A DNA stretch of 64,000 nucleotides from an uncultured Candidatus Saccharibacteria bacterium (GCA_964516975.1 CAZFAS010000001.1:18823-82822); one strand, 5' to 3'. Shown: positions 1 to 9,509, counted from the stretch's first letter. The notes: a model not told the origin generated them from the sequence alone. Made by a program: numbers and translations.

Positions 1-993
1 TGGCAGTCGCTTATGGTACAAGTTCCAAATGTACCCGACGTCTCAGTGCCAGAGGGTGATAGCGACGCCGAAAATAAAGAAGTTAAAGTATGGGGAGAGA
101 AGCCAGTTTTTGACTTTGAGCCAAAAAATCATATTGAGCTCATGGAAAATCTTGATATGGTTGATTTTGAACGTGGTACGAAGGTAGCAGGATTTCGTGG
201 GTATTTTTTGAAAGGTGACGGTGTTCTTTTGAATATGGCATTGTGGAATTTTGTAATGGATCATTTTTTAGAGAAGGGAGACTTTATGCCACTTATGACA
301 CCATCAATGGTACGACGAGAACCATTCATGGGAACTGGATATTTACCACAAAGTGAAGAAGATTTGTATAAGACTCAAGATGGTGATTATCTTTCTGGCA
401 CCGCAGAAGTTGCAACTATGGGATTTCTTATGGATGAAGTGATTCCAAAAGAGAAATTACCAATGAAGTTTATCGCATTCTCACCATGTTTTCGACGAGA
501 AGCAGGAAGTCATGGAAAAGATGTAAAAGGTTTGTATCGTGTGCATGAGTTTTTCAAACTTGAGCAAGTCGTACTCTGTGAAGCAAGTCACGAAACATCA
601 GTTCGTTTTCATGAGGAGCTCACTATGAATTCTGAGGAGATGCTTCAGAAACTCAATATTCCATATCATGTTGTGGTAAATTGTGGCGGAGATCTCGGCC
701 TCGGACAGGTTAAGAAATACGACATAGAGTCGTGGAGACCTGGCCAAAATGCATACGGTGAAACTCATTCGTCTTCATATTTTCATGATTTTCAAACAAG
801 AAGATTAAATATTAGATACAAAAATGAGGATGGTAGATTACAATTCGTGCATTCTCTTAATAATACTGCACTCGCGACTCCAAGAATCCTTATTTCAATT
901 ATTGAAAATTATCAGCAGGCAGATGGTTCAATAAAGATCCCTGATGCACTTGTGAAATACATGGGGGGTAGAACTGTAATAACGAAGAAGTAG
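1..993 (+). CDS. serS: seryl-tRNA synthetase, C-terminal catalytic core; 5' end lies outside the window (partial)
   Basis: Class II aaRS motifs (FRGYFLKGDG, FSPCFRREAGSHGKDVKGLYRVHEF, TALATPR). The ORF track opens at 13, but the protein lacks the N-terminal coiled-coil arm, so the gene continues upstream. Confidence 0.85.
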   Translation, partial: WQSLMVQVPNVPDVSVPEGDSDAENKEVKVWGEKPVFDFEPKNHIELMENLDMVDFERGTKVAGFRGYFLKGDGVLLNMALWNFVMDHFLEKGDFMPLMTPSMVRREPFMGTGYLPQSEEDLYKTQDGDYLSGTAEVATMGFLMDEVIPKEKLPMKFIAFSPCFRREAGSHGKDVKGLYRVHEFFKLEQVVLCEASHETSVRFHEELTMNSEEMLQKLNIPYHVVVNCGGDLGLGQVKKYDIESWRPGQNAYGETHSSSYFHDFQTRRLNIRYKNEDGRLQFVHSLNNTALATPRILISIIENYQQADGSIKIPDALVKYMGGRTVITKK

Positions 994-994
994 T

Positions 995-1807
995 ATGCGA
1001 CAACTACGGTCGCCCAAATTAGTACAAAAAAGACGCCAGCGCCTTATCATAAGGACTATGTTCGTGGTACTCGCAGTTTTTATTATTGTTGGCATTCCGG
1101 TTTCAATCGCAAGCATTCCATCAATGAGAGTTAGTGATGTTTCAGTTACTGGTGCAGTGGTGGTGCCTCAAGTTGATATTCAGAATTTCGTAAAACAGAA
1201 AATTTCTGAAAAGCACTTATTCCTGTTTCCAAAGAGCAATGTCGCACTTTTTCCTGAGAAAGAAATTGAAAATCTAATCACTAAGAATTACCCAAGAGTT
1301 GAAACTGTTACGATTACATTCCCCACATTTAAAAGTGCTCGAATCGAGATTGCTGAGAGAAAAACTTTTGCAATATGGTGTAAGAGTGAGGATTCACAGG
1401 ATTGTTATAGTTTAGATTCGCATGGATATATTTTTGATCACGCACCAATTGTAACTCCGAGTGTATTTTTCATATATCGTGGAGAGGTTGCAGATAATCC
1501 TGTAGGACAGACATACCTCGCTAACGGATTATTTGAAAAAATGAATACTTTTCTTGAGAGAGTGCACAAGCTCGGTCTTGCAATAGAAAGTGTTTCAAAT
1601 ATTGGAGATGATCAATATGAGCTTTTTGTGAAAGATGACACTAAAATACTTTTTACCCTACGTGATGGAAATGAGAAAATGATTTCTAACCTAAGTTCAA
1701 TCATTGAGAATAAAACAGTGACAGTGCAAAATGATGGAACACTCGATGTTTCACTGGTTGATTTACGACATGGGAACAAAGTTATAATAAAGAAAAAAGG
1801 TGAGTAG
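995..1807 (+). CDS. ftsQ: FtsQ/DivIB-like cell-division protein (basic N-terminus, one TM, POTRA-like domain)
   Basis: Layout is KR-rich cytoplasmic tail, a hydrophobic TM (FVVLAVFIIVGIPVSIA), then a POTRA-like segment (VSDVSVTGAVVVPQVDIQNFV). It starts 2 nt after the serS stop. Confidence 0.5.
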   Translation: MRQLRSPKLVQKRRQRLIIRTMFVVLAVFIIVGIPVSIASIPSMRVSDVSVTGAVVVPQVDIQNFVKQKISEKHLFLFPKSNVALFPEKEIENLITKNYPRVETVTITFPTFKSARIEIAERKTFAIWCKSEDSQDCYSLDSHGYIFDHAPIVTPSVFFIYRGEVADNPVGQTYLANGLFEKMNTFLERVHKLGLAIESVSNIGDDQYELFVKDDTKILFTLRDGNEKMISNLSSIIENKTVTVQNDGTLDVSLVDLRHGNKVIIKKKGE

Positions 1808-1865
1808 GTAGACATAATCCACCGTTAGTTGTGCGTATATTAATGAGACGAGGTATAATTTCTAT

Positions 1866-2252
1866 ATGTATTTTTTGCTATTCTTACCATATTATATTCG
1901 CTGGCATTATAGTAGAGCGATATCTGATCTCACATCTAATCTTAAAGAGATAGTAACTTTTATACTTCGTTTCTTTTCAGTAGCAATATTATTTAGGACT
2001 TTATTTGCGCCGTGGAAAAGGTTGGGGGAAGGTTATGCAAAGGGATTTGATCCTGCAGATTTTTTTCAAACATTGTTGCTGAATATTATATTGCGCATTG
2101 TTGGTCTAGTAATACGCTTGGTTACAATTATTATTGCGTTGTCACTCTTTGTAATTGGAGTTGCTTTGTCTCTAATAATTTTTGCTATTTGGGTATTATT
2201 CCCAATATATTTGGCATTTATTTTGGCGCTCTCTATTAAATATTTCTTCTAA
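1866..2252 (+). CDS. small integral membrane protein (hypothetical)
   Basis: 128-aa ORF with three or four hydrophobic helices. Its stop directly abuts the ATG of the following gene. Confidence 0.35.
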   Translation: MYFLLFLPYYIRWHYSRAISDLTSNLKEIVTFILRFFSVAILFRTLFAPWKRLGEGYAKGFDPADFFQTLLLNIILRIVGLVIRLVTIIIALSLFVIGVALSLIIFAIWVLFPIYLAFILALSIKYFF

Positions 2253-2253
2253 T

Positions 2254-4617
2254 ATGAACTTCCAGCATTTCAAACAAGGGCTTCAAGATTTTGTTCCAGC
2301 TATTTATCTTGAAAAAAGCATATCTCACCGCGCAAGAAGGGCAATTATCGATATTCTTCTTGTTCTTTCTGTAATTGCACTATTATTTAGTTCAGGTTTA
2401 TTTATAGAAGTGAAATCGGGTGTAACAGGACTATTTTTTCTTCTTATATTTGCTGCGAGTATCTTTATTGCTATTGATTCTTTTTATTACTCTTTATTTT
2501 TTCGAGAAAATGAGGAGAAATATTTGTTCGAACTAACAATGATGTCATTATCTGGAAAGGATAGTGATGCTACAAAGGCGTTTATACTTTCAAAGTTCGG
2601 TTCGAAGATACTGTATAGACTTGGTGTTGAAAGTAATTCAGTAGCAGATTTTTTAAATTCAAGGAAAAATGTTATTTCAAAAGAATCACTTCAGTTTGGC
2701 GGAGGAGTAACAGTGGAGTCATATTTCGAGGCGCTTCTAAATGCAGATACGGAATTTAAGAACTTCCTATCGCTTCACGGTGCAACACTTGAAATTATCG
2801 TTCATACTGCAAAACTAGTTTTTAGTCTTGATAGGGTAATAGTAAATAAAGAACGCTGGTGGTCATCAAATAATCTTAGAAATATTAAGGCAATAGGTAC
2901 CGACTGGGCATACGGAGCCGCATACACACTTTCGCGTTGGAGTTCTCCATTACAATTTTCAGCTTCTTTAAACGATGAGTTGCATGAGAAAGAAATTATT
3001 AGCTTAGAGAACATTCTTTCAAAAAGTAAGGGGACTAACGTCCTACTTGTAGGTGAAGAAGGTTCTGGGAAAATGGAAGTTCTCGAAGGATTAGGCAGAA
3101 AAATAGAAAGAGGAAGTAGCTCGACACTAAGAAATAAAAAAATCTTGGTACTTGATGGATCAGGGTTTGCAGCATATGCAAATGAAAAATCTGCATTTGA
3201 AAAACTTTTGATTGAATTACTTATTGATGCACAGCATGCTGGAAATATTATTCTTGTAATACCAGATTTTCCAGCACTTATTCGAGATGGTCTAGCGCTC
3301 GGTATAGATATTCAGAGTTTATTAAATCCATATCTATCTGCATCAAACATACAACTTGTTGGGATAAGTGATGAAGCAGAGTTTCATAAGATAATTGAAC
3401 CAAATCAAAGTATTACAACACACTTTGAAACACTTGCTGTGAAGAGTGAGGGTGTCGATAAAATACTTTCCATATTCGAAGATGAAATTTTGGAGCTCGA
3501 AGGGCGTGAAGGAGTTACTTATTCATATCCAGCTTTATTTGAGGCAGTAACTGATGCAGAGCGATATTTCGTAGGATCATCACTCTTCGCTCGGGCTCAA
3601 GAACTTCTCACTGAATCAGCATCAAAAGCTCGTAGTTTAGGAAGGGGAGTTGTACTTCCGGAAGATATCCTTTCACTTATAAAAACAAAAACTGGCATAC
3701 CAACAGGAGTTATAGATTCAATTGAGAAGGAAAAGTTACTGAACTTAGAGACTATGCTTCATGAAAGAGTTATTGGTCAAAATGAAGCAATAAAATCGAT
3801 TAGCGATGCACTTCGCAGGGCGCGAGCTGGTATTGCAAATCCCAAAAGACCAATGGGATCTTTTCTCTTTCTTGGCCCAACTGGTGTTGGTAAAACAGAA
3901 ACAACAAAGGCTCTTGGTGAAATATTCTTTGGACAAAATGCAAAGATACTAAGGCTTGATATGTCTGAGTACAATACTCCCGACGCTCTAAACCGGCTAA
4001 TTGGATCATTTGATAGTGGTACACCAGGAGTATTAACCTCTATGATACGAGAAAATCCGTATGGCGTGCTCCTCCTCGATGAATTTGAAAAGACTGATCG
4101 AAAAGTTCTTGACCTCTTTTTGCAAATTCTCGATGAAGGAATATTTTCTGATGTTCAAGGCAGAAGAGTGAGTGCACGCAACCTTATTGTTATAGCAACA
4201 TCAAATGCTGGAAGCCAAAATATTTTCGAAACAGTACAAGCTGGTAAAGATCTAGCTTCTAGCAAGGATGCAATCATCGAGTCTATTGTTCGTGAGGGTA
4301 TTTATAAGCCAGAACTTCTTAACCGTTTTGATGGGGTAATACTTTTCCATCCACTTACGGAGTCTGACCTAAAAGAAGTTGCCAAGATTATGCTTAAACG
4401 TTTGGAATGGAGACTTAAAGAAAGAAACATAACTCTTGTAGTGAATGACGCACTCGTGCAATTCCTTGTGAAAAAAGGTAGTGATCCAAAGTTCGGTGCG
4501 AGACCTCTTAATCGCGCAATTCAGGATACAGTGGAAAAGATCATTGCAGATAGAATAATTGCTGGAACTTTAACTCCTGGATCGTCACTTGAACTTACTG
4601 ATGCAGATTTAGTTTAA
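2254..4617 (+). CDS. ClpA/ClpB-family AAA+ ATPase with an N-terminal two-TM membrane anchor and a degenerate first ATPase module
   Basis: The D2 module is canonical: GPTGVGKTE Walker A, LLLDEFEK Walker B, sensor and arginine finger, and the ClpB-type C-terminal domain (GARPLNRAIQ). The D1 module carries GEEGSGKM and ILVLDGS in place of GxxGxGKT and hhhhDE. The N-terminus has two hydrophobic helices. The start was moved to the ATG at 2254 because the track start at 2182 overlaps the previous ORF. Confidence 0.8.
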   Translation: MNFQHFKQGLQDFVPAIYLEKSISHRARRAIIDILLVLSVIALLFSSGLFIEVKSGVTGLFFLLIFAASIFIAIDSFYYSLFFRENEEKYLFELTMMSLSGKDSDATKAFILSKFGSKILYRLGVESNSVADFLNSRKNVISKESLQFGGGVTVESYFEALLNADTEFKNFLSLHGATLEIIVHTAKLVFSLDRVIVNKERWWSSNNLRNIKAIGTDWAYGAAYTLSRWSSPLQFSASLNDELHEKEIISLENILSKSKGTNVLLVGEEGSGKMEVLEGLGRKIERGSSSTLRNKKILVLDGSGFAAYANEKSAFEKLLIELLIDAQHAGNIILVIPDFPALIRDGLALGIDIQSLLNPYLSASNIQLVGISDEAEFHKIIEPNQSITTHFETLAVKSEGVDKILSIFEDEILELEGREGVTYSYPALFEAVTDAERYFVGSSLFARAQELLTESASKARSLGRGVVLPEDILSLIKTKTGIPTGVIDSIEKEKLLNLETMLHERVIGQNEAIKSISDALRRARAGIANPKRPMGSFLFLGPTGVGKTETTKALGEIFFGQNAKILRLDMSEYNTPDALNRLIGSFDSGTPGVLTSMIRENPYGVLLLDEFEKTDRKVLDLFLQILDEGIFSDVQGRRVSARNLIVIATSNAGSQNIFETVQAGKDLASSKDAIIESIVREGIYKPELLNRFDGVILFHPLTESDLKEVAKIMLKRLEWRLKERNITLVVNDALVQFLVKKGSDPKFGARPLNRAIQDTVEKIIADRIIAGTLTPGSSLELTDADLV

Positions 4618-4655
4618 GAATTTGTTTCTTTTTCAAATTCTAGTATATTCCTCGT

Positions 4656-5693
4656 ATGAATACTTCAGGGTTTTGGGATAAACTTCATAAACCAATTTTT
4701 GTATTGGCGCCAATGGCAGATGTCACTGATGCGTCTTTTCGCTACATTATTGCAAAATATTCAAAGTATGCGGGAAAAGATATTGGTGCCTATGGAGAGA
4801 AAAATATTCCACATGCAGAGAATGAATATCCCCATGTATTATGGACTGAGTTTGTTTCTGCAGATGGATTAGTTCTTGCGCCTGAGGAGGGAAAAAAGAA
4901 ACTTATGCGTGATCTTATGTTTACGCCCGCTGAGAGACCAATCGTTGCTCAATTCTTTACTTCGAAACCAGAAAATATGCGAAAGGCAGCTGTAATAGCA
5001 AAAGAGCTTGGTTTTGATGGAGTAGACATCAATATGGGCTGTCCAGATAAAGGTATCGAAAAACAGGGTGCTGGTGCTGCAATGATAAAAACACCCAAAC
5101 TCGCAAGAGAGATAATCAGAGCTGCGAAAGAGGGAGGACAAGATCTTCCAGTCTCTGTGAAGACTCGTATTGGATACAATAGAGATCAACTTGAAGAGTG
5201 GCTTCCAGAATTACTTGCTGAGGAGCCAGCTCTTATCACTATTCATGCAAGAACTCGAAAAGAAATGTCAAAAGTTCCAGCACGATGGGAACATGTAAAA
5301 AGAGCGGTTGAAATTCGGGATCAGTTAAAAAGCAAGACTCTTATTTTTGGAAATGGAGACGTTCTCAGTATCGAGGACGCAAGGAAGAAAGTTACAGAAA
5401 CAGGGTGTGATGGTGTGATGTTGGGTAGAGCAATATTTGGGAATCCATGGGTCTTTCGTGATCCTGTGTATACTCCGAGTATTAAGGAAAAATTGGAAGT
5501 ACTCATAGAGCATACGAAACTCTATGAAAAACTTCTTGGTGATATAAAAAGTTTTTCTATAATGAAGAAACATTTTAAAGCTTACGTGGACGGATTTGAT
5601 GGTGCAAAAAAACTTAGAGTTGAACTTATGGATACACAGTCCGCTTTAGAAGTAGAAGTAAAAATTCGAGAGTTTCTTGAGAGCTGTGCATAG
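4656..5693 (+). CDS. dus: tRNA-dihydrouridine synthase (Dus family, TIM-barrel flavoenzyme)
   Basis: VLAPMADVTDASFR, DINMGCPDK, and a C-terminal helical tRNA-binding domain. Confidence 0.8.
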   Translation: MNTSGFWDKLHKPIFVLAPMADVTDASFRYIIAKYSKYAGKDIGAYGEKNIPHAENEYPHVLWTEFVSADGLVLAPEEGKKKLMRDLMFTPAERPIVAQFFTSKPENMRKAAVIAKELGFDGVDINMGCPDKGIEKQGAGAAMIKTPKLAREIIRAAKEGGQDLPVSVKTRIGYNRDQLEEWLPELLAEEPALITIHARTRKEMSKVPARWEHVKRAVEIRDQLKSKTLIFGNGDVLSIEDARKKVTETGCDGVMLGRAIFGNPWVFRDPVYTPSIKEKLEVLIEHTKLYEKLLGDIKSFSIMKKHFKAYVDGFDGAKKLRVELMDTQSALEVEVKIREFLESCA

Positions 5694-5791
5694 CTATTTA
5701 CAAAAAAAACAGGAGTAGTATAGTTTTTTAAGAGTAGTACATGTGGTACCAGTTTAGATCCTGCAGTTTCGTCCAACACACAGGAGAAGGT

Positions 5792-6079
5792 ATGGCAAAG
5801 GGAAAGGGTGGGAAAGAGAGCAAAGAACGGGAGCATGCACCAAGTGTTCCGCAACTGCCCGCAGTGTTCCGTGATGTGGAAAGGAAGATGAATACCAGCT
5901 GGGCGTCTCGAATAGCAACTGGTGAGTTCAACATCGAGAATCTTCATGGGGATGATCCCTCTGAGGGATTAGAAACCCAAGATTTCGACGATTTGAGCTT
6001 GCAAGAGCTGTCGGGATTCCAGGTATTCCCAACCATGAACCACTTCAAGCGAAGCCTCATGAGTAAGAGGAATCGCTAG
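5792..6079 (+). CDS. hypothetical small acidic protein (GC-richer than surroundings)
   Basis: RBS AGGAGAAGG precedes the ATG at 5792 (the track ORF begins at 5741). A hairpin terminator follows. No recognisable domain. Confidence 0.35.
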   Translation: MAKGKGGKESKEREHAPSVPQLPAVFRDVERKMNTSWASRIATGEFNIENLHGDDPSEGLETQDFDDLSLQELSGFQVFPTMNHFKRSLMSKRNR

Positions 6080-6106
6080 AGTATGAGGGAAGAGATCTGA
6101 AAACAA

Positions 6107-6137
6107 GGGCGAACCAATGTGGTTCGCCCTTTCTTAT
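6107..6137 (+). terminator. rho-independent terminator (gggcgaacc/ggttcgccc stem plus T-run)
   Basis: Perfect 9-bp stem with a 5-nt loop, followed by tttcttattt. Confidence 0.6.
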
Positions 6138-6225
6138 TTACTTTGTGAGTTAAATGTGTTATTTTCTAACAAGGTTTTTTCCGTAGTTCTTTCTATCACG
6201 AGTTTCTTTCATCAGGGGCTGGAAT

Positions 6226-6891
6226 ATGAACATAAAGGCGGTTTTGCAACTCCTACCGTGTGTTGCTATCTTGGCTTCGTGTGGAAACACGACTAAGGTA
6301 TACATCACGAATCCGTCGTACCCGCCAGAGCAACAAGGAAGTTATAGACTCAGAATTGCACCACATCAGTTTGTTGGTGAGATGGGCGATAAGATTCAGA
6401 TCATTATCGATCGGTCAGTGCCGGTCGGTGTTTCTGACTCTGTTATCTTCCGAACGAGTTCATCAAGCACAGTAAGTGTGTCCGCAAATGGTATCGTGTC
6501 ACTTAATTCGCCAGGTTTGGCGAGAGTGTATGCGAAGCTGTTCGCCGATAGTGCGTATGTTGATACACTTGTTGTTACTGTGAACAATCGTACAGCACTT
6601 ACGATTAAGTTCGGAGCAGACTCAGTTCGTGTTCAAGTTGGCAAGAGCTACGATATTCCGGTTCAAGTCAAAGGAAAGGCAGGAGTCACTACTGACTTCA
6701 CCTGTGCTTCCTTGGATGTTTCGGTAGTACGTGCTAATGCCGTGCTTACAGACGGGGTCTGCAGGGTTACACCGGTTGTGGTGAATCCGAAAGGTTCGAA
6801 TTCACCCGTAATTGTCACTGCAACTACGGTTGCAGTCGATGCTGTTACTGGTCGTATGACAACCGGTACTCGTGTATACGTTGATCCATAG
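6226..6891 (+). CDS. lipoprotein with Ig-like (Big_2-type) beta domains
   Basis: Lipobox signal peptide (MNIKAVLQLLPCVAILASCG). The rest is beta-rich with a V/T repeat pattern. It is moderately GC-rich. A bidirectional terminator follows. Confidence 0.5.
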   Translation: MNIKAVLQLLPCVAILASCGNTTKVYITNPSYPPEQQGSYRLRIAPHQFVGEMGDKIQIIIDRSVPVGVSDSVIFRTSSSSTVSVSANGIVSLNSPGLARVYAKLFADSAYVDTLVVTVNNRTALTIKFGADSVRVQVGKSYDIPVQVKGKAGVTTDFTCASLDVSVVRANAVLTDGVCRVTPVVVNPKGSNSPVIVTATTVAVDAVTGRMTTGTRVYVDP

Positions 6892-6895
6892 GATC

Positions 6896-6929
6896 TAAAC
6901 AAAAGCGGAGCAAGTGCTCCGCTTTTTCT
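6896..6929. terminator. bidirectional hairpin terminator between convergent genes
   Basis: aaaagcggagcaagtgctccgctttttc, with A-run and T-run flanks. Confidence 0.55.
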
Positions 6930-7942
6930 TATGCTTCTTTATGTTTTGAAAATGTGAGATAGATACCAATCGGTACCCAAATCCAATATGAGACAAGGCG
7001 GAAAAGGAGTGTTGCAAGTATTGCATTGTGAGATTCAATTCCAAATGCGCTAAAAATAAGCACGAGTGATGCTTCAGTTACTCCCGGTTGTCCAGGAATA
7101 AGTGTGAGGAGTGAAAGGAGAAGTGAGAGAAGATATCCAAAGATTACGAGTGCATAGGGGACAGAAGTTCCAAATGCAAGGAAAGATATATAGAGCATAG
7201 TAATATCGAGGAGAAAATAAATTGTAAATAGAAAGAAAACAGCTGCTGCTCTTTTGCCCTGAGCAAAAAAAAGTGGGAAGTTCTCTTCAAGTTTATTTAT
7301 ACCACTGACAATTTTGGAGGTTACATCATCCTCCTCAAATGCAAACGGAATTACATAGCGAATAACATGAATAATTTTTTCTATAATTCTATGAAGAAGG
7401 GCACCTTTATTTTTTTTAATCAGGAAGTACCATAAAAAGATTGCCCCAATTACAGCAACTGAAAAAATAAGAAGTGCTACTTTAGGAATAAGCGAAATAT
7501 AATTATGCGGAATGATAAGTGCGCTTAAAATGAAGAAGATGACATATTGTGAGAATAGCAGAACCACCCACGCTGTTTCAAGAAAGATAATCGATGATAT
7601 TGAGAGCTTAAGACGCTTATAGGCAATGTAACTTGTGATAGATCCACCTGCAATTGGCATGATCTTATTACCAAATTCATTCATAATTGAGATTTTAAAA
7701 TTATTTATGAGTGATGTTTTTTCCCCGACAAAATCAAGAAGGGTGTTTGATGTTACAGCATTCACTGCGAAGCTTAAAATCTGAAGCGCAAAAACTGTAA
7801 GTAAGAGCCATTTGTTTGATTCAAGAAAAATCGATCTAATTTCTTTCGGGTCTTTGAGCATAATATACGAAAGAAAGGCAATAGAAATAATAATAAGTAT
7901 AAAACTCATTATTTTGCGTTTTGTATCCTTACTTTTTGCCAT
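6929..7942 (-). CDS. UPF0104 / lysyl-phosphatidylglycerol-synthase-TM-like (flippase-like) polytopic membrane protein
   Basis: About 8 TM helices and the family motif NxFGNKIMPIAGGSITSYIAYKRL. The start was set at the ATG at 7942 (MAKSKDTKRK). The track extends the ORF to 8260, which overlaps the pilin gene and encodes an implausible W/Y-rich peptide. Confidence 0.5.
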   Translation of the reverse strand: MAKSKDTKRKIMSFILIIISIAFLSYIMLKDPKEIRSIFLESNKWLLLTVFALQILSFAVNAVTSNTLLDFVGEKTSLINNFKISIMNEFGNKIMPIAGGSITSYIAYKRLKLSISSIIFLETAWVVLLFSQYVIFFILSALIIPHNYISLIPKVALLIFSVAVIGAIFLWYFLIKKNKGALLHRIIEKIIHVIRYVIPFAFEEDDVTSKIVSGINKLEENFPLFFAQGKRAAAVFFLFTIYFLLDITMLYISFLAFGTSVPYALVIFGYLLSLLLSLLTLIPGQPGVTEASLVLIFSAFGIESHNAILATLLFRLVSYWIWVPIGIYLTFSKHKEA

Positions 7943-7947
7943 CACAT

Positions 7948-8115
7948 TTATTCGAAGTTTTTTGCTAGTGTGTATCCTACCCAGATACCTGCAAGCCCAC
8001 CGCATGCAGAAAGGATTATTGATGAAAACGATATGTTGCTGATGCCCCAAAAAGTTGGTATGTATCCACCAATAATAGATCCAATGGTAATACAGAGAAA
8101 AATCAATTTCTTCAT
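7948..8115 (-). CDS. GlsB/YeaQ/YmgE-like small stress-associated membrane protein (55 aa)
   Basis: Not in the ORF track because it is under 60 aa. Sequence: MKKLIFLCITIGSIIGGYIPTFWGISNISFSSIILSACGGLAGIWVGYTLAKNFE. Two hydrophobic helices carry Gly-zipper motifs. Confidence 0.4.
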   Translation of the reverse strand: MKKLIFLCITIGSIIGGYIPTFWGISNISFSSIILSACGGLAGIWVGYTLAKNFE

Positions 8116-8183
8116 ATTTTAAGTATAACAGGGAATTGAGGTCAATTGAGTTAACAAAAAAACCGCCAAGGGCGGTTTTTTTG

Positions 8184-8672
8184 TTAGCGAACAACCTCCA
8201 GTGCCGTTGTTCTAGGTATCGATGGCTCAGTTGTTGAGGCGATAACATGAACTCTCCCATTCGATTCTACGTATACTTGATAGCCAGTATCGTTTCCTGA
8301 AGCTGATGTTGGGTCTGAGGGCATAATAGACATATACATTGGTACTAAACATGAGAGATCTATGCCTGTTCCAGCGCCATTTGATATTTGCTGAGCGCTG
8401 GCAGGTAAAGTTGGGCAACTAATACTTGCAGTTGGAGAGTTGAATACTCCTTTGTTGTCTGCCATTCTCTGCCCAATAGCATTCAAAATAGTATTGATGT
8501 TGCTGTGTCTTTGAGAATCTCTTGCTTGAGCAAACTGTCGTGCTGGGTTAATAGCAACTATAACGATAGCAGCAAGTACTGCTATGATTCCAATAACAAC
8601 AAGAATTTCAATAAGTGTAAACCCTTTTGAGCCAACTTTTTTTGATACAGCTGGCTTATGAAAGATATTCAT
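8184..8672 (-). CDS. type IV pilin / pseudopilin (prepilin-type N-terminal cleavage/methylation domain)
   Basis: Prepilin motif ...GSKG|FTLIEILVVIGIIAVLAAI, and a C-terminal Cys pair (the disulfide loop). The ATG at 8672 is preferred. The track start at 8705 is a GTG that adds 11 aa to the leader. Confidence 0.8.
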   Translation of the reverse strand: MNIFHKPAVSKKVGSKGFTLIEILVVIGIIAVLAAIVIVAINPARQFAQARDSQRHSNINTILNAIGQRMADNKGVFNSPTASISCPTLPASAQQISNGAGTGIDLSCLVPMYMSIMPSDPTSASGNDTGYQVYVESNGRVHVIASTTEPSIPRTTALEVVR

Positions 8673-8811
8673 ATATTTGGTATAATTTAATAAATAAGTA
8701 CTCACATGTACTTGTGAACACTGTATACCAATGATTACCTGAGTTCAAGGAAATCAGAATTTGCCAAGTATGAAAGAATATGTGTTATTTATATACTAAA
8801 TAAACTAATAT

Positions 8812-9054
8812 ATGAAAAAGACAATGTGTGAAAGCTGTATGATGCCGTTCGATAAAGATACTGGTGTGCGTGAATCAGATAAATATTGCAGCCTTTGTTT
8901 TAAGAACGGGAAACTATGTTATGAGGGAAATGATTTGAAGGAGTTTCAAGCGGTATGTTACAAAAGTATGAGGTCAAGGGGAATAGGTTTACTCAAAGCA
9001 AAATTATTTACTTTTATGATACGATTTGCTCCACGCTGGAAAAATAATACCTAG
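8812..9054 (+). CDS. small zinc-ribbon domain protein
   Basis: N-terminal CxxC...CxxC pattern (MKKTMCESCMMPF...KYCSLCFKNGKLCY). Confidence 0.45.
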   Translation: MKKTMCESCMMPFDKDTGVRESDKYCSLCFKNGKLCYEGNDLKEFQAVCYKSMRSRGIGLLKAKLFTFMIRFAPRWKNNT

Positions 9055-9109
9055 TTATTTTTTATAGCATTGTCTATCGAAATCAAGTAATTCAGCATAT
9101 AATATTTAT

Positions 9110-9508
9110 ATGAAAGGATATAAACAAAATATTGAATCAGTTGTGCGTGAAAATTCTGATTTCCGAAGAGTTTTATATACAAGCAAGTTTAGCCAGTTAG
9201 TTGCTATGAGTCTTTTGCCATTAGAGGAAATTGGTTTAGAGGTTCATGAAACAAATGATCAGTTTTTTCGATTTGAGAGCGGAGTTGGCAAAGTAATTAT
9301 CAATGAAAACGAATATGATGTTGCTGATGGGGATGCAGTTATAGTACCCGCAGGAAGTAAACACAATGTGATAAATACATCTACTGATCAAAGTCTTAAG
9401 TTATATACTATATATTCTCCTGCACACCATAAAGATGGGATTGTTCGTGCAACAAAACATGAAGCTGAACAGGATGGCCCAGAATTTGATGGAGTGACAA
9501 CAGAATAG
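9110..9508 (+). CDS. cupin-fold small protein
   Basis: GDAVIVPAGSKHNVINTS is a cupin motif-2-like strand. 132 aa, beta-rich. Confidence 0.6.
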   Translation: MKGYKQNIESVVRENSDFRRVLYTSKFSQLVAMSLLPLEEIGLEVHETNDQFFRFESGVGKVIINENEYDVADGDAVIVPAGSKHNVINTSTDQSLKLYTIYSPAHHKDGIVRATKHEAEQDGPEFDGVTTE

Positions 9509-9509
9509 T

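Noticed and set aside
8184-8260. The track's extension of the 6929 ORF to 8260, and the GTG-initiated pilin leader extension to 8705.
   Set aside because: The extension encodes an implausible low-complexity peptide overlapping the pilin gene. The pilin leader is more typical if initiated at the ATG at 8672.
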